Part shown: one piece after another, positions 7,860 to 16,093 of the stretch
Numbering within the stretch: the first letter of the stretch is position 1
Layout: each line of letters begins with the position of its first letter
Source of the DNA: Chlamydiota bacterium
Lineage (GTDB): Bacteria > Auribacterota > Tritonobacteria > UBA1439
Assembly (NCBI GenBank): GCA_037133055.1
Contig: JBAXOY010000069.1
Span: 1 to 16,511, forward strand
Direction of reading: 5' to 3'
Length of the DNA stretch: 16,511 nucleotides
Notes under the pieces: generated by a model
Databases searched by the model: none
Told to the model about the DNA's origin: nothing
What the model saw: only the letters and a program-made list of their open reading frames with translations
Made by a program: the position numbers and the translations under genes

Positions 7860-8647
7860 CGGAGCGCGACGGCGGGCAGGGGGGCGCGGTCGGGCAGCCG
7901 GTCTCGGCGCTCCTCCTCGTCTACAACGAGGAGGGCGTGATCGAGGAGGTGATGCGCGACATCCACCGCGAGGTGATCGCGAAAATCCCGGGCTCCGAGC
8001 TCGTGATCGCCGAGGACGGGAGCACGGACGGGACCAAGGAAATCCTCGCCCGGATCGTCCCGGGACTCCCGGGGGCTCGGCTCGTCCAGGGGGCGGAGAG
8101 GAAAGGCTACACGCGCGCGTACAAGGACGCCCTCCGGGCCTGCCGGCACGGCCTCATCTTCTTCAGCGACTCGAGCGGCAAGCACGACGCGGGGGATTTT
8201 TGGAAGCTCGCCGCACGCATCGGCGACGCCGACATGGTGATCGGCTGCAAGGCGGACCGGCGCGACCCGCGGTACCGCGTGGCGATGAGCCGGGTGTTCA
8301 ACTTCCTCGTGTCGCGCTACTTCGGGCACCGCTTCCGGGACATCAACTCGGGCTTCCGCCTGATGCGGCGGGAGGCGATCGCCCGTGTCCTCGAAGAGGA
8401 CTGGTGCATGAAGCACCTGATCAACTTCGAGTTCACCCTCCGCGTCCTCGGCCACGGCTTCCGCATCGAGGAGGTGCCGGTGCGCCACAGCCCCCGCCGG
8501 CACGGGCCCTCGCGGGGGCTCCCCCTGAAGAAGATACCCGAGGCGATCTCCATGGCGCTCCGCGCCTTCCCGAAGCTGAAGCGGGAGATCCGCGCGCGCG
8601 GCGCCTCACGCCCGGAGGTCGGGGGGGGTGGGCATTGTGGGCAATGA
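7856..8647 (+). CDS. GT2 glycosyltransferase, polyprenol-phosphate glycosyltransferase (DPM1/GtrB/ArnC-like)
   Basis: VYNEE, AEDGSTDGT, KGY..A, RDINSGFRL, IEEVPV.H..R..G.S. GTG 7856 overlaps the upstream stop (GTGA); the track start at 7652 is an overextension. Confidence 0.85.
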   Translation: MTERDGGQGGAVGQPVSALLLVYNEEGVIEEVMRDIHREVIAKIPGSELVIAEDGSTDGTKEILARIVPGLPGARLVQGAERKGYTRAYKDALRACRHGLIFFSDSSGKHDAGDFWKLAARIGDADMVIGCKADRRDPRYRVAMSRVFNFLVSRYFGHRFRDINSGFRLMRREAIARVLEEDWCMKHLINFEFTLRVLGHGFRIEEVPVRHSPRRHGPSRGLPLKKIPEAISMALRAFPKLKREIRARGASRPEVGGGGHCGQ

Positions 8648-10089
8648 GCGACGTGCGGAAACACGCTGACGGCGCCCTCTTCCTGGCGATCGCGCTCTTC
8701 GCCATGGCGCGCTCCGTCTTTCTGGTTTATCCTGACCTGAACCTCGCCTACCCGTTCCTCGCCCCCGACTCGTACGACTGGATCGCCAACGGGCTCGCCT
8801 ACGAGGGCTATCCGGTCGCCTTTTCCATGCGGGCCCCGGGCCTCCCGCTGATGATCGCCGCGCTCGACGCAGCGGGGCTCCTCGCCTTCCTGCCCGTCGT
8901 TACCCAGGCCGCGCTCGTCGGGTTGATCATCCTCAATCACGTACTCCTTGCCCGCCGGTTCGGCGGGCGCGCCGCGCTCATCGTCACCCTGATCCTCTTC
9001 GTGAACTTCTTTCTCCAGAACCTCGCCCTCCATGTTCTCGCGGACATCTACGCGGCGCTCTTCATCCTCGCGGGATATGCCTGCTACTTCCGCGCCGAAA
9101 ACCACGAGCGGCGGTACATTGCCGCCTCGTGGTTTCTTTCCTTGAGCGTTCTGTTCCAATACGCGGCGGTCGCCGTGGTCCCGGCGCTGGTCATTCACTG
9201 GGCCCTGGCGCGCCGCAGGATCCGCGCCGCCGCGCTTCTGCGTACGCTGGCGCCCCCCCTCGCCCTGATCGGCGCATGGGCTTTCTACAGGGCGACGCAG
9301 GCGCACTCCGGGATACGGCACATCGGTCTCCTCGCCCCGCACGCGGGCAGCGTGTTCTTCTACCTGCTCAATACGGCGTCCGTGCTCGGCCTCCCCGCCT
9401 TCTGCCTCCTCCTCGCGGGAATGGCGATGGCCTGCTTCCAGCGGGAGCGTGAGATGCGGGACTTCCTCCTCCTCAACGCCCTTCTCGCGGCGTCGTGGTG
9501 CGGGTTCTGGGTGTTCCTCTACACGTGGAACGACAGGCGCTTCATCCTGTACCTCCTCTTCTTCCTGCTCCCGTTCATCGCCCTCGCGTTCCGGGACAGC
9601 CACTCCTTCCTGAGTCGCGGGGGGATCCCGGGGATTGCGGTATTCGCGGCGCTCGCGGCGGCGGCGATCGCAGGGTCGTATCTGCCGTATGAAAGCTGTT
9701 TCACTCTCGACACGCTCAAGCTCACCCGCAGCCGGGCGATACGATTCAAGTCGGCCAGAGACCCGCGCACGGGCAACACGACGCTCGCGGCCCCGTCCCC
9801 CCGGCTCGTCAGGGACCGGGGAGGATTCAGCCCTCTTGACCTCGGGCGCCTCGCGGCGATGCGGAGGGGAGTCAATCTCCATGAGGTTGCCCGGCTCGAG
9901 GGGATGAAAGCGGGGATCGACCGGAAACCCGTTGGGCTGCTCTGCGTGCGCTACGAGAGTCCCGACCCGTTTGCGTGGTATATCGAAAAAAACAGATACG
10001 GGAACTATTTCAGGAGAAGGCTGGCCCGGCAGCCCGACTGCGCCGCGCCGGACCTCGAGATCGTGAACGGAACCATCGCGCTCCCGTGA
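8644..10089 (+). CDS. Polytopic membrane protein, GT-C-like (ArnT/PMT-type) glycosyltransferase
   Basis: First TM followed by a loop with PDSYDW...RAPGLPLMIA; about 11-13 hydrophobic segments; late DRRF motif and soluble C-tail. ATG 8644 overlaps the GT2 stop (ATGA). Confidence 0.65.
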   Translation: MSDVRKHADGALFLAIALFAMARSVFLVYPDLNLAYPFLAPDSYDWIANGLAYEGYPVAFSMRAPGLPLMIAALDAAGLLAFLPVVTQAALVGLIILNHVLLARRFGGRAALIVTLILFVNFFLQNLALHVLADIYAALFILAGYACYFRAENHERRYIAASWFLSLSVLFQYAAVAVVPALVIHWALARRRIRAAALLRTLAPPLALIGAWAFYRATQAHSGIRHIGLLAPHAGSVFFYLLNTASVLGLPAFCLLLAGMAMACFQREREMRDFLLLNALLAASWCGFWVFLYTWNDRRFILYLLFFLLPFIALAFRDSHSFLSRGGIPGIAVFAALAAAAIAGSYLPYESCFTLDTLKLTRSRAIRFKSARDPRTGNTTLAAPSPRLVRDRGGFSPLDLGRLAAMRRGVNLHEVARLEGMKAGIDRKPVGLLCVRYESPDPFAWYIEKNRYGNYFRRRLARQPDCAAPDLEIVNGTIALP

Positions 10090-10111
10090 GCGGGCTGCGT
10101 GGAGGTCAGTC

Positions 10112-11542
10112 ATGAATGAGATAGCCGCGCGCGAGCCGAATCTTCCGCCGGGGTGCGCCCTGCGCCCGGAGCGCGCCTCGATCTGCGGAATCGAGCACCG
10201 GCTCGTCGAGTCTTCGTCGGGGCATGGATACTGGTGCGACCCGCTGTTCATGGACCTCCTCGCCGCGACCGCTGCGGGCCGCGACCCCGGCGTGCCCGCC
10301 TCCCTCCATGGGATCAGCCGCGAGGACGCGGAGGCGGGCCTCGACGCCGTCCGGGCGCTCTTTTCGGAGAACGCCGCCCCGCGCGCGCCGGTGGCCGGGA
10401 ATGCCGCGGGCGCGCTGCGGGTGGACGGCCCCCTCGTCTCGATCGTCATTGTGAACTGGAACGGCGCGGCGCATCTCGAGGGGCTCCTCCGGTCGATCCG
10501 CGCGCAGAGCTACCGGAAGATCGAGGTCGTCGTCGTGGACAACGGGTCGCGCGACGACTCGCTGCGGATCCTCGCCTCTTTTCCCGAGGTTGCGGCGCAC
10601 CCCCAGCAACGGAACGCCGGGTTCTGCCGGGGGAACAACCTCGGGATCGAAAAGTCGAATGGCGAGATACTCTTCCTCCTCAACAACGACACCGTGGTGG
10701 ACCCGCGGTGCGTCGAGCGCGCCGTCGGGTGCCTCGCGGAGTCCCCGCCCGACATCCTGGGGGTTTTCCCCATGATCCTTTTTCACGATGCCCCGCAGGT
10801 CATCAACTGCGCGGGCGCGCAGTGGCACTTCCGGCACCTGTGGAGGGACAACACCGTCGGGATGCTCGACATTCCGGGCGCGCGGGGAAGGGAGCGCGTG
10901 TTCGGCGGGATCTTCGCGGGGGTGTTCCTGAGGCGCGCGGCGTTCGAGGCGCTCGGGCTTTTCGATGAGCGGTTCGTCACCTACGGCGAGGATTTCGACG
11001 TCTGCTACCGGGCGAACCTCGCCGGGTACGGCTTCATCCTCGAGCCCGGGGCCATCGTGTATCACAAGTACCGCGCCTCGTCGCGCGAGGGCGAGGACCT
11101 GTTCTTCTCACTGTATTATTTCCTGAGGAATTACCCGCTCGTGATCCTCAAAAACTACGAGGCGCGCAATGTGCTCCCCGCGCTCAGGTATTTCCGCAGG
11201 GAGTTCTGGGCGCCGTGGGCCGCGCGGGCGCGCCGCGAGCCGGAGGTGCGGGCGTTGCTCCGGCGCGTGCTCAGGGGCCTCGCGGGCATGGCCCCGCACA
11301 TCCTCCGCGAGCGGGCGAGGACGCGGCGGATGCGGAAGGTCCGCGACCGGGACATCTGGGTGTTGGACTCCCTTGACCGGTTCAACATCTTTCACTACGA
11401 GGGGAAGGTCGTGCTCAACCGCATCAACCTCGAGGCGTCGCTTCGCGGGAACGCCCGGTACGCCGTCGGGGGAAAAGAGTACCGGGTATTCGGCGGGAGC
11501 ACCCGCATCCCCGCCCCGCGCGAGGCGGGCGGAGGGCCGTAG
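10112..11542 (+). CDS. GT2 glycosyltransferase (rhamnosyltransferase/WbbL-like core) with ~105-aa N-terminal extension
   Basis: VSIVIVNWNG, VVVVDNGSRD, NAGFCRGNNLG, LLNNDT, FDERF..YGEDFD.CYR; strong SD GGAGGT at 10101-10106. Confidence 0.88.
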   Translation: MNEIAAREPNLPPGCALRPERASICGIEHRLVESSSGHGYWCDPLFMDLLAATAAGRDPGVPASLHGISREDAEAGLDAVRALFSENAAPRAPVAGNAAGALRVDGPLVSIVIVNWNGAAHLEGLLRSIRAQSYRKIEVVVVDNGSRDDSLRILASFPEVAAHPQQRNAGFCRGNNLGIEKSNGEILFLLNNDTVVDPRCVERAVGCLAESPPDILGVFPMILFHDAPQVINCAGAQWHFRHLWRDNTVGMLDIPGARGRERVFGGIFAGVFLRRAAFEALGLFDERFVTYGEDFDVCYRANLAGYGFILEPGAIVYHKYRASSREGEDLFFSLYYFLRNYPLVILKNYEARNVLPALRYFRREFWAPWAARARREPEVRALLRRVLRGLAGMAPHILRERARTRRMRKVRDRDIWVLDSLDRFNIFHYEGKVVLNRINLEASLRGNARYAVGGKEYRVFGGSTRIPAPREAGGGP

Positions 11543-12951
11543 TAACGCGCGTAAAGCGTTCCTAGCGTGATCGCGTGGGTCAGCGCGACAAAGGCGATCA
11601 GGACGGCGGCGACGCCGCGCCGCGGGAGACGCGCCGCGCCGTATCCGAACAGCGCGAAGCCGAGCGGCGCGAACGGGATGAAGTATCTCCCCTGCACCCC
11701 CCCGATGGTTGTCGAGCCGGGCGGCGTCTCGCTGACCCAGAGGAAGACGAAGACGGAGAGGGCGCTGAGGAGGAAGACGGACCCCGCACGCAGCTTCTGC
11801 TGCGGACGGAGGACGGCCCCGTCGCCCGGTAAGAGGGAGGCGAGGAGCAGCACGACGCCGTAGGCGAGGATGATCGGGCGGGGGAGTTCCGCATTGAGCC
11901 AGCCGAGGCGGCCTACGAATTCGGCGCAGTAGCCGCGGCCGTTCATCCGCAGCGTGTAAGCCAGGATCGAAAGAAAGTGCATGGGCGACCGGAGGATGAA
12001 GCGCGCCTGGCCGGCGAGATCGAGGCCGGTCTGCCGTGTTCGGTACGCCGCGAGGGCCCATGGGTTCAGGTGATTCCAGAGTGCCGCCGCAGCGAAGACG
12101 ATGCCCGCGATGGAGGCGAGGGTGAGGAGGCGGGACGCCCGGCGTTCGAACAGGCGGCGCGGGACGAGGGCGAGCAGGAGCAGCAGGGCGAAGTTCATTT
12201 TCGCGAGGGTCGCGAGGAGCGTGAGCAGGGCGAGGAGGAGGATATCCCGGCGGGTGACGATCGTGCCGGGTGCCGCGCACGCGAGATTGAACACGAAGGC
12301 GATGTAGAGAAAAGAGATCGCGATGACAAAGCCGTCCGCGGACAGCGACGCGGCCTGGTGCACGGTCATCGGCATGAGGGCGAGGAGGAACAGCCCCCAT
12401 CGGAAGACCGGGATGATCCGGAGCGCCAGGCAGACCAGCGCCGCCCATGCGAAAAGATTCAAGAATCGGCCCAGGTAGGCGGTCGCGATGGGGGGGAGAG
12501 AGAGGCGCTGCCCGATGAGTATGGCCGGTAGTTGCGGGAGATACGGGATGGGGTTGTAGAGGTTCACGCTGAGGATGGGGAACGGCTCCCGGTCCCCGGG
12601 CCGGAGCGGCATCCGGAAAAGGGCGAGGATATCGCCACGGCGCAGGCGGCCGTCGGGGCCGATATGGAGTTTCAGGTCCCTGTGGAACCGCATCACGGTC
12701 TCGATGTACGCGCGCGGCATTGCGTCGCCGGGACCGGCGATCGCCGCGCCGTTCACGATGTAAATGGCCCGCCACCAGTGCGCGCTCTCATCGGGGGCCT
12801 GAAACGGCGGGTTCACCATGGCGTACAGGATCCCCGCAGCGAGCGCGATCGGGAGAAACGCCCGATGGACGGGGAATTGCGGCCCCGGCGACACGACGCC
12901 GCGGGCGGACGGCGGGTCCGGTGGGCCGTTCATGAGGGGTGCCGGTTTCAT
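11395..12951 (-). CDS. DUF2142-like polytopic membrane protein (probable GT-C-type glycosyltransferase)
   Basis: PPFQAPDESAH, YNPIPYLPQ, GRF.NL, PMTVHQAASLSAD, GRLGWL, GVQGRYFIP and terminal RYY; many TM segments. Alternative start at 12933. Confidence 0.8.
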   Translation of the reverse strand: MKPAPLMNGPPDPPSARGVVSPGPQFPVHRAFLPIALAAGILYAMVNPPFQAPDESAHWWRAIYIVNGAAIAGPGDAMPRAYIETVMRFHRDLKLHIGPDGRLRRGDILALFRMPLRPGDREPFPILSVNLYNPIPYLPQLPAILIGQRLSLPPIATAYLGRFLNLFAWAALVCLALRIIPVFRWGLFLLALMPMTVHQAASLSADGFVIAISFLYIAFVFNLACAAPGTIVTRRDILLLALLTLLATLAKMNFALLLLLALVPRRLFERRASRLLTLASIAGIVFAAAALWNHLNPWALAAYRTRQTGLDLAGQARFILRSPMHFLSILAYTLRMNGRGYCAEFVGRLGWLNAELPRPIILAYGVVLLLASLLPGDGAVLRPQQKLRAGSVFLLSALSVFVFLWVSETPPGSTTIGGVQGRYFIPFAPLGFALFGYGAARLPRRGVAAVLIAFVALTHAITLGTLYARYYGPPPASRGAGMRVLPPNTRYSFPPTAYRAFPRSDASRLMRLSTTFPS

Positions 12952-12963
12952 TTTACTGGCGTT

Positions 12964-12984
12964 ATTCTACCTCATTGTTATACT
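12964..12984. promoter_or_regulatory. Back-to-back divergent -10 elements
   Basis: Plus strand TG-T-TATACT (TG 12976-12977, -10 at 12979-12984) faces the GT4 gene; minus strand TAGAAT (12969-12964) faces the DUF2142-like gene; the gap is an AT-rich 65 nt. Confidence 0.6.
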
Positions 12985-13016
12985 CGAATCGAGAGGGCTC
13001 CTAGACTCCTACTACT

Positions 13017-14639
13017 ATGGGAACGAAGCTCATCGTCGTCTATCTCATCCCCTCCGCCGAAATCAGCGGCGGGACGTACGTCGCCTGCGAGCACGCCGCG
13101 GGGCTCGCGAAGCGCGGGCACGCGGTCTCGATCGCGGTCGCGCAGCGAGGGCAAGAGCGCCGGATCGGCTGGTTCCCGGGGATCGGGGTGCCCGTGATCG
13201 GCGTCGACGAGATCGCCCCGGACACCGACGTCGTCGTCGCGACGTGGTGGGAGACGGCCTACCTGGCGGCGAAAATCCCCGCGCGCGCGAGGTGCTATCT
13301 CGTCCAGGCGCTCGAGCCGCTCTTCTACGGCGAGTCGCGGAAAACGGAGCGATTCTTCTCCGCGCTCACCTACCGGCTCGGCTATCCCATGATCACGGTC
13401 GCGCCGTGGCTCGCGAAACGGCTGGAGGCCGAGACGGGGAGGGAGGTCTGCGTCGTCCGAAACCAGTTGAACCCGGCGCTGTTTCATCCCGCCGCGCCGA
13501 TCGCGCCGGAGGCGCCCGCCGCGATGGGCACGGCCGCGTTTGTTTCGTTAAGGGCCCGGTCGGGCGCGGCTGCCGAGGGCCAGGTCTACTGGGACGAGGG
13601 GGGCGGGTTCTGTGAGAGGTCGAGCTCGGGATTCCGGATGGGACCCGACTGGGGCGAGCGGCACATCGCCATCCCCGATCCGGCGGCGCTGAAGCGGATC
13701 AGGATCGACGCGGGAAACCTGCCGGGCAACACGGTCGAGCTCTCTTCGATCCGGATCGCTTCACTCGGGGGCGAAATGGACCTTTCAGACGCCCGTCGCT
13801 GGCGCCCGAACCGGGATGCGGCGGAATTTTCCTCCGAGGGCGGCGTCCTCCGGGTGAGATCTTCGGGCGGCGACCCGTTCATCATCTGCGCCCTCAACGA
13901 AAAGATATGCGCGGGCCTGAAGCCCGTTCTCCCGGCGAAGAGGTTCAGGATACTTGTCGAGGGGCCGCTCGGGATCGAGTTCAAGGGGGTACGGAGGGCT
14001 CTCGAGATCGCCCGAAGAACCGGGGCGGAGGTCTGGTTCGTCGAGGGTAAGGCGGAGAGGAGCGTTTTCGAGGGGGTGCGCCCGGACAGGGTGTTCAACC
14101 GGGTGCCCATCGACCGGATGCGCGAGATCTATTCGAGCTGCGATCTGCTGCTCAAGCTGAGCAGGGTGGAGAGCTTCGCCTATCCCCCGCTCGAAATGAT
14201 GGCGTGCGGCGGGATCCCCGTTGTCGGGGATGTCGAGGGTATCCGGGAATACATGACGGACGGCGTCAATGGCTTTATCGTCGCCCCGGGCGATGACGAG
14301 GGGGCCCTGCGCGCGCTGAGACGCCTCATGGGGGACGAGGGGCTTCGGGCGCGGATCCGGGAGGGATGCCGGGAGACCGTGGCGCGGGAGAGTAATTGGG
14401 AGACGCAGACAGACGCGCTCGAGCGGTTCCTCGTCGAAAAGGCCCGGGAGGCCCCGCGGGACTGCGCCGGGGAGATCGCGGCCCCGGTCACCGGGCTTGT
14501 CGACTGTTATATCGAGCTCATGGCCCAACGGGAGGCGGAACGCGTGCGCGGCGAGACGCATCCCCCGATCCCTCCGCCCCCACGCGGGCTGCTGGCCGGG
14601 ATCAGGTCACGGATCGGGAGAAAAAGATGCGCGCGCTGA
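13017..14639 (+). CDS. GT4 (GT-B) glycosyltransferase, WsaF-like, with internal beta-rich insertion
   Basis: ISGG, VVATWWETA, YLVQALEPLFY, and EX7E motif ESFAYPPLEMMACG. Confidence 0.85.
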   Translation: MGTKLIVVYLIPSAEISGGTYVACEHAAGLAKRGHAVSIAVAQRGQERRIGWFPGIGVPVIGVDEIAPDTDVVVATWWETAYLAAKIPARARCYLVQALEPLFYGESRKTERFFSALTYRLGYPMITVAPWLAKRLEAETGREVCVVRNQLNPALFHPAAPIAPEAPAAMGTAAFVSLRARSGAAAEGQVYWDEGGGFCERSSSGFRMGPDWGERHIAIPDPAALKRIRIDAGNLPGNTVELSSIRIASLGGEMDLSDARRWRPNRDAAEFSSEGGVLRVRSSGGDPFIICALNEKICAGLKPVLPAKRFRILVEGPLGIEFKGVRRALEIARRTGAEVWFVEGKAERSVFEGVRPDRVFNRVPIDRMREIYSSCDLLLKLSRVESFAYPPLEMMACGGIPVVGDVEGIREYMTDGVNGFIVAPGDDEGALRALRRLMGDEGLRARIREGCRETVARESNWETQTDALERFLVEKAREAPRDCAGEIAAPVTGLVDCYIELMAQREAERVRGETHPPIPPPPRGLLAGIRSRIGRKRCAR

Positions 14640-15931
14640 AACCGAAGATCGGGTACTTCATCGCGGAAGCGGGCATCTGTGGCGGTGTGGCGGTCGTCTG
14701 CCAGCACGCCAACCGGCTTGCGCGGCGCGGGTTCGACGTCTGCATCGTCTCCACCGCCGGGGCCGAGCGGATCGTCTGGTTCCCCGGGCTCGGAGTGCCC
14801 GTGTACCCGCTCTCCCGCGTCCCCCGCGGGCTCGACATCGGCGTCGCCACCTGGTGGGAGACCGCGCACGATCTCCATCGGCTGGACATCCCCCGGAAGT
14901 GCTACTTCGTCCAGTCCGACGAGACGCGGTTCTACGCGGAGGGGCGGTGCGAGAGGATCTTCGCGCGGGACACGTACCGCCTCGGCTATGAGTTCTTCAC
15001 CGAGGCCCGCTGGATCAGGGAGTGGCTGAAGGCGGAGTTCGGGCAGGAGGCGCGCTACGTCCCGAACGGCATCGACCTCGATCTCTTCCACGAGGACGTT
15101 CCCCTCTCCCCGAGGGGGGAGAGGCCGCGTGTTCTAATCGAAGGGCCCGCGGACATGCCGACGAAGGGGATACCGGAAGCATTCGCCGCGGCGCGGGGGC
15201 TCGGCGCCGAGGTCTGGTACGTGAATTACCGGGGAGAGCCGGACCCCGCGTGGCGGCCCGACCGGTATTTCCACTGCGTGCCGATGGAGAAGATGCGCGG
15301 GATTTACTCTTCGTGCGACATCCTCCTCAAGATGAGCAGCGTGGAGGGGGCTTCGGGCCCCCCGCTCGAGATGATGGCGTGCGGCGGGACGTGTGTGGTC
15401 ACGCGCGTGACGGGAATGGACGAGGCGATCGTGGACGGGGAGAACGCGCTGGTTGTCGCCCCGGGCGACACGGCGGGCGCCGCGCGCGCGGTGAAGCGGC
15501 TCATCGACGATCCCGCGCTGCGCGCGAAATTGTCCGCCGCGGGGCGGGAGACGGCCCGGGGGATGGACTGGGAGCGGTCGATCGATCTCCTCGATGAGCT
15601 CTTTCTCTCGCCCCCGCGCGCGGCAGCAGGCGCCGCGCCCGATCGTCGCGCGCGGGACGAAGCGATGATCGAGGCGTACGCGTGCTTCAGGGTCGAGAAG
15701 GCGCGGATGGCCGAGCTTGCGCGCGAGCGCGGCCTGCGGGCGGCAGAGGCGGCGGCGCTGCGGGAGGAGCGGGACCGGCTGTGGAATGAGGTGAACTCCA
15801 TCCGCCTCTCGAAACAGTGGGGAATCGCTTCCGCGATCCTTGACGCGCGGCGCTCGCCCGCGGCCCTGCTGCGCCTCCCCTTCCGGATGCTCGGGATCGG
15901 ATTCGGCCGGAGCGGCGCCCGGCGCGGATAG
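14627..15931 (+). CDS. GT4 (GT-B) glycosyltransferase, WsaF-like, with C-terminal coiled coil and amphipathic tail
   Basis: ICGG, GVATWWETA, YFVQSDETRFY, VPNGID, EGASGPPLEMMACG. ATG 14627 aligns with the paralogue's N-terminus and overlaps its end by 13 nt; the track start at 14396 is an overextension. Confidence 0.85.
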   Translation: MRALKPKIGYFIAEAGICGGVAVVCQHANRLARRGFDVCIVSTAGAERIVWFPGLGVPVYPLSRVPRGLDIGVATWWETAHDLHRLDIPRKCYFVQSDETRFYAEGRCERIFARDTYRLGYEFFTEARWIREWLKAEFGQEARYVPNGIDLDLFHEDVPLSPRGERPRVLIEGPADMPTKGIPEAFAAARGLGAEVWYVNYRGEPDPAWRPDRYFHCVPMEKMRGIYSSCDILLKMSSVEGASGPPLEMMACGGTCVVTRVTGMDEAIVDGENALVVAPGDTAGAARAVKRLIDDPALRAKLSAAGRETARGMDWERSIDLLDELFLSPPRAAAGAAPDRRARDEAMIEAYACFRVEKARMAELARERGLRAAEAAALREERDRLWNEVNSIRLSKQWGIASAILDARRSPAALLRLPFRMLGIGFGRSGARRG

Positions 15932-16093
15932 GTTCCCGCGGCGGAGAGTTCGGTCTCCCATGACTCGCGCCGCTGGCCCATGCGGCGTCCGTGATGGACG
16001 ACTATGCCATGGAAGAAGCGGGAGCACCATGGCCATCCATGCCCGTGTCCAGCCATGCCCGCCCCCGCCTCGTGAAGAGGCAACCACGCTACG

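Noticed and set aside
1084..10449. Long antisense ORFs (1084..2958, 2951..4867, 5464..6510, 8317..10449 and others)
   Set aside because: They are shadow frames of well-supported + strand genes in GC-rich DNA, with no recognisable motifs.
11108..12775. 555-aa minus-strand ORF and similar Arg/Pro-rich alternate frames (e.g. 3196..4467 on +)
   Set aside because: They have low-complexity R/P/G/A composition and overlap better-supported genes on the same strand.
12991..13016. Fluoride riboswitch suggested by GACTCCTAC
   Set aside because: The 5' GGnGATGGnGT half and the P1 stem are missing, and the downstream gene is unrelated to fluoride.
15943..15958. tRNA T-arm suggested by GTTCG in a hairpin
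   Set aside because: Loop size and position do not fit, and there is no D-arm, anticodon arm or acceptor geometry on either strand.
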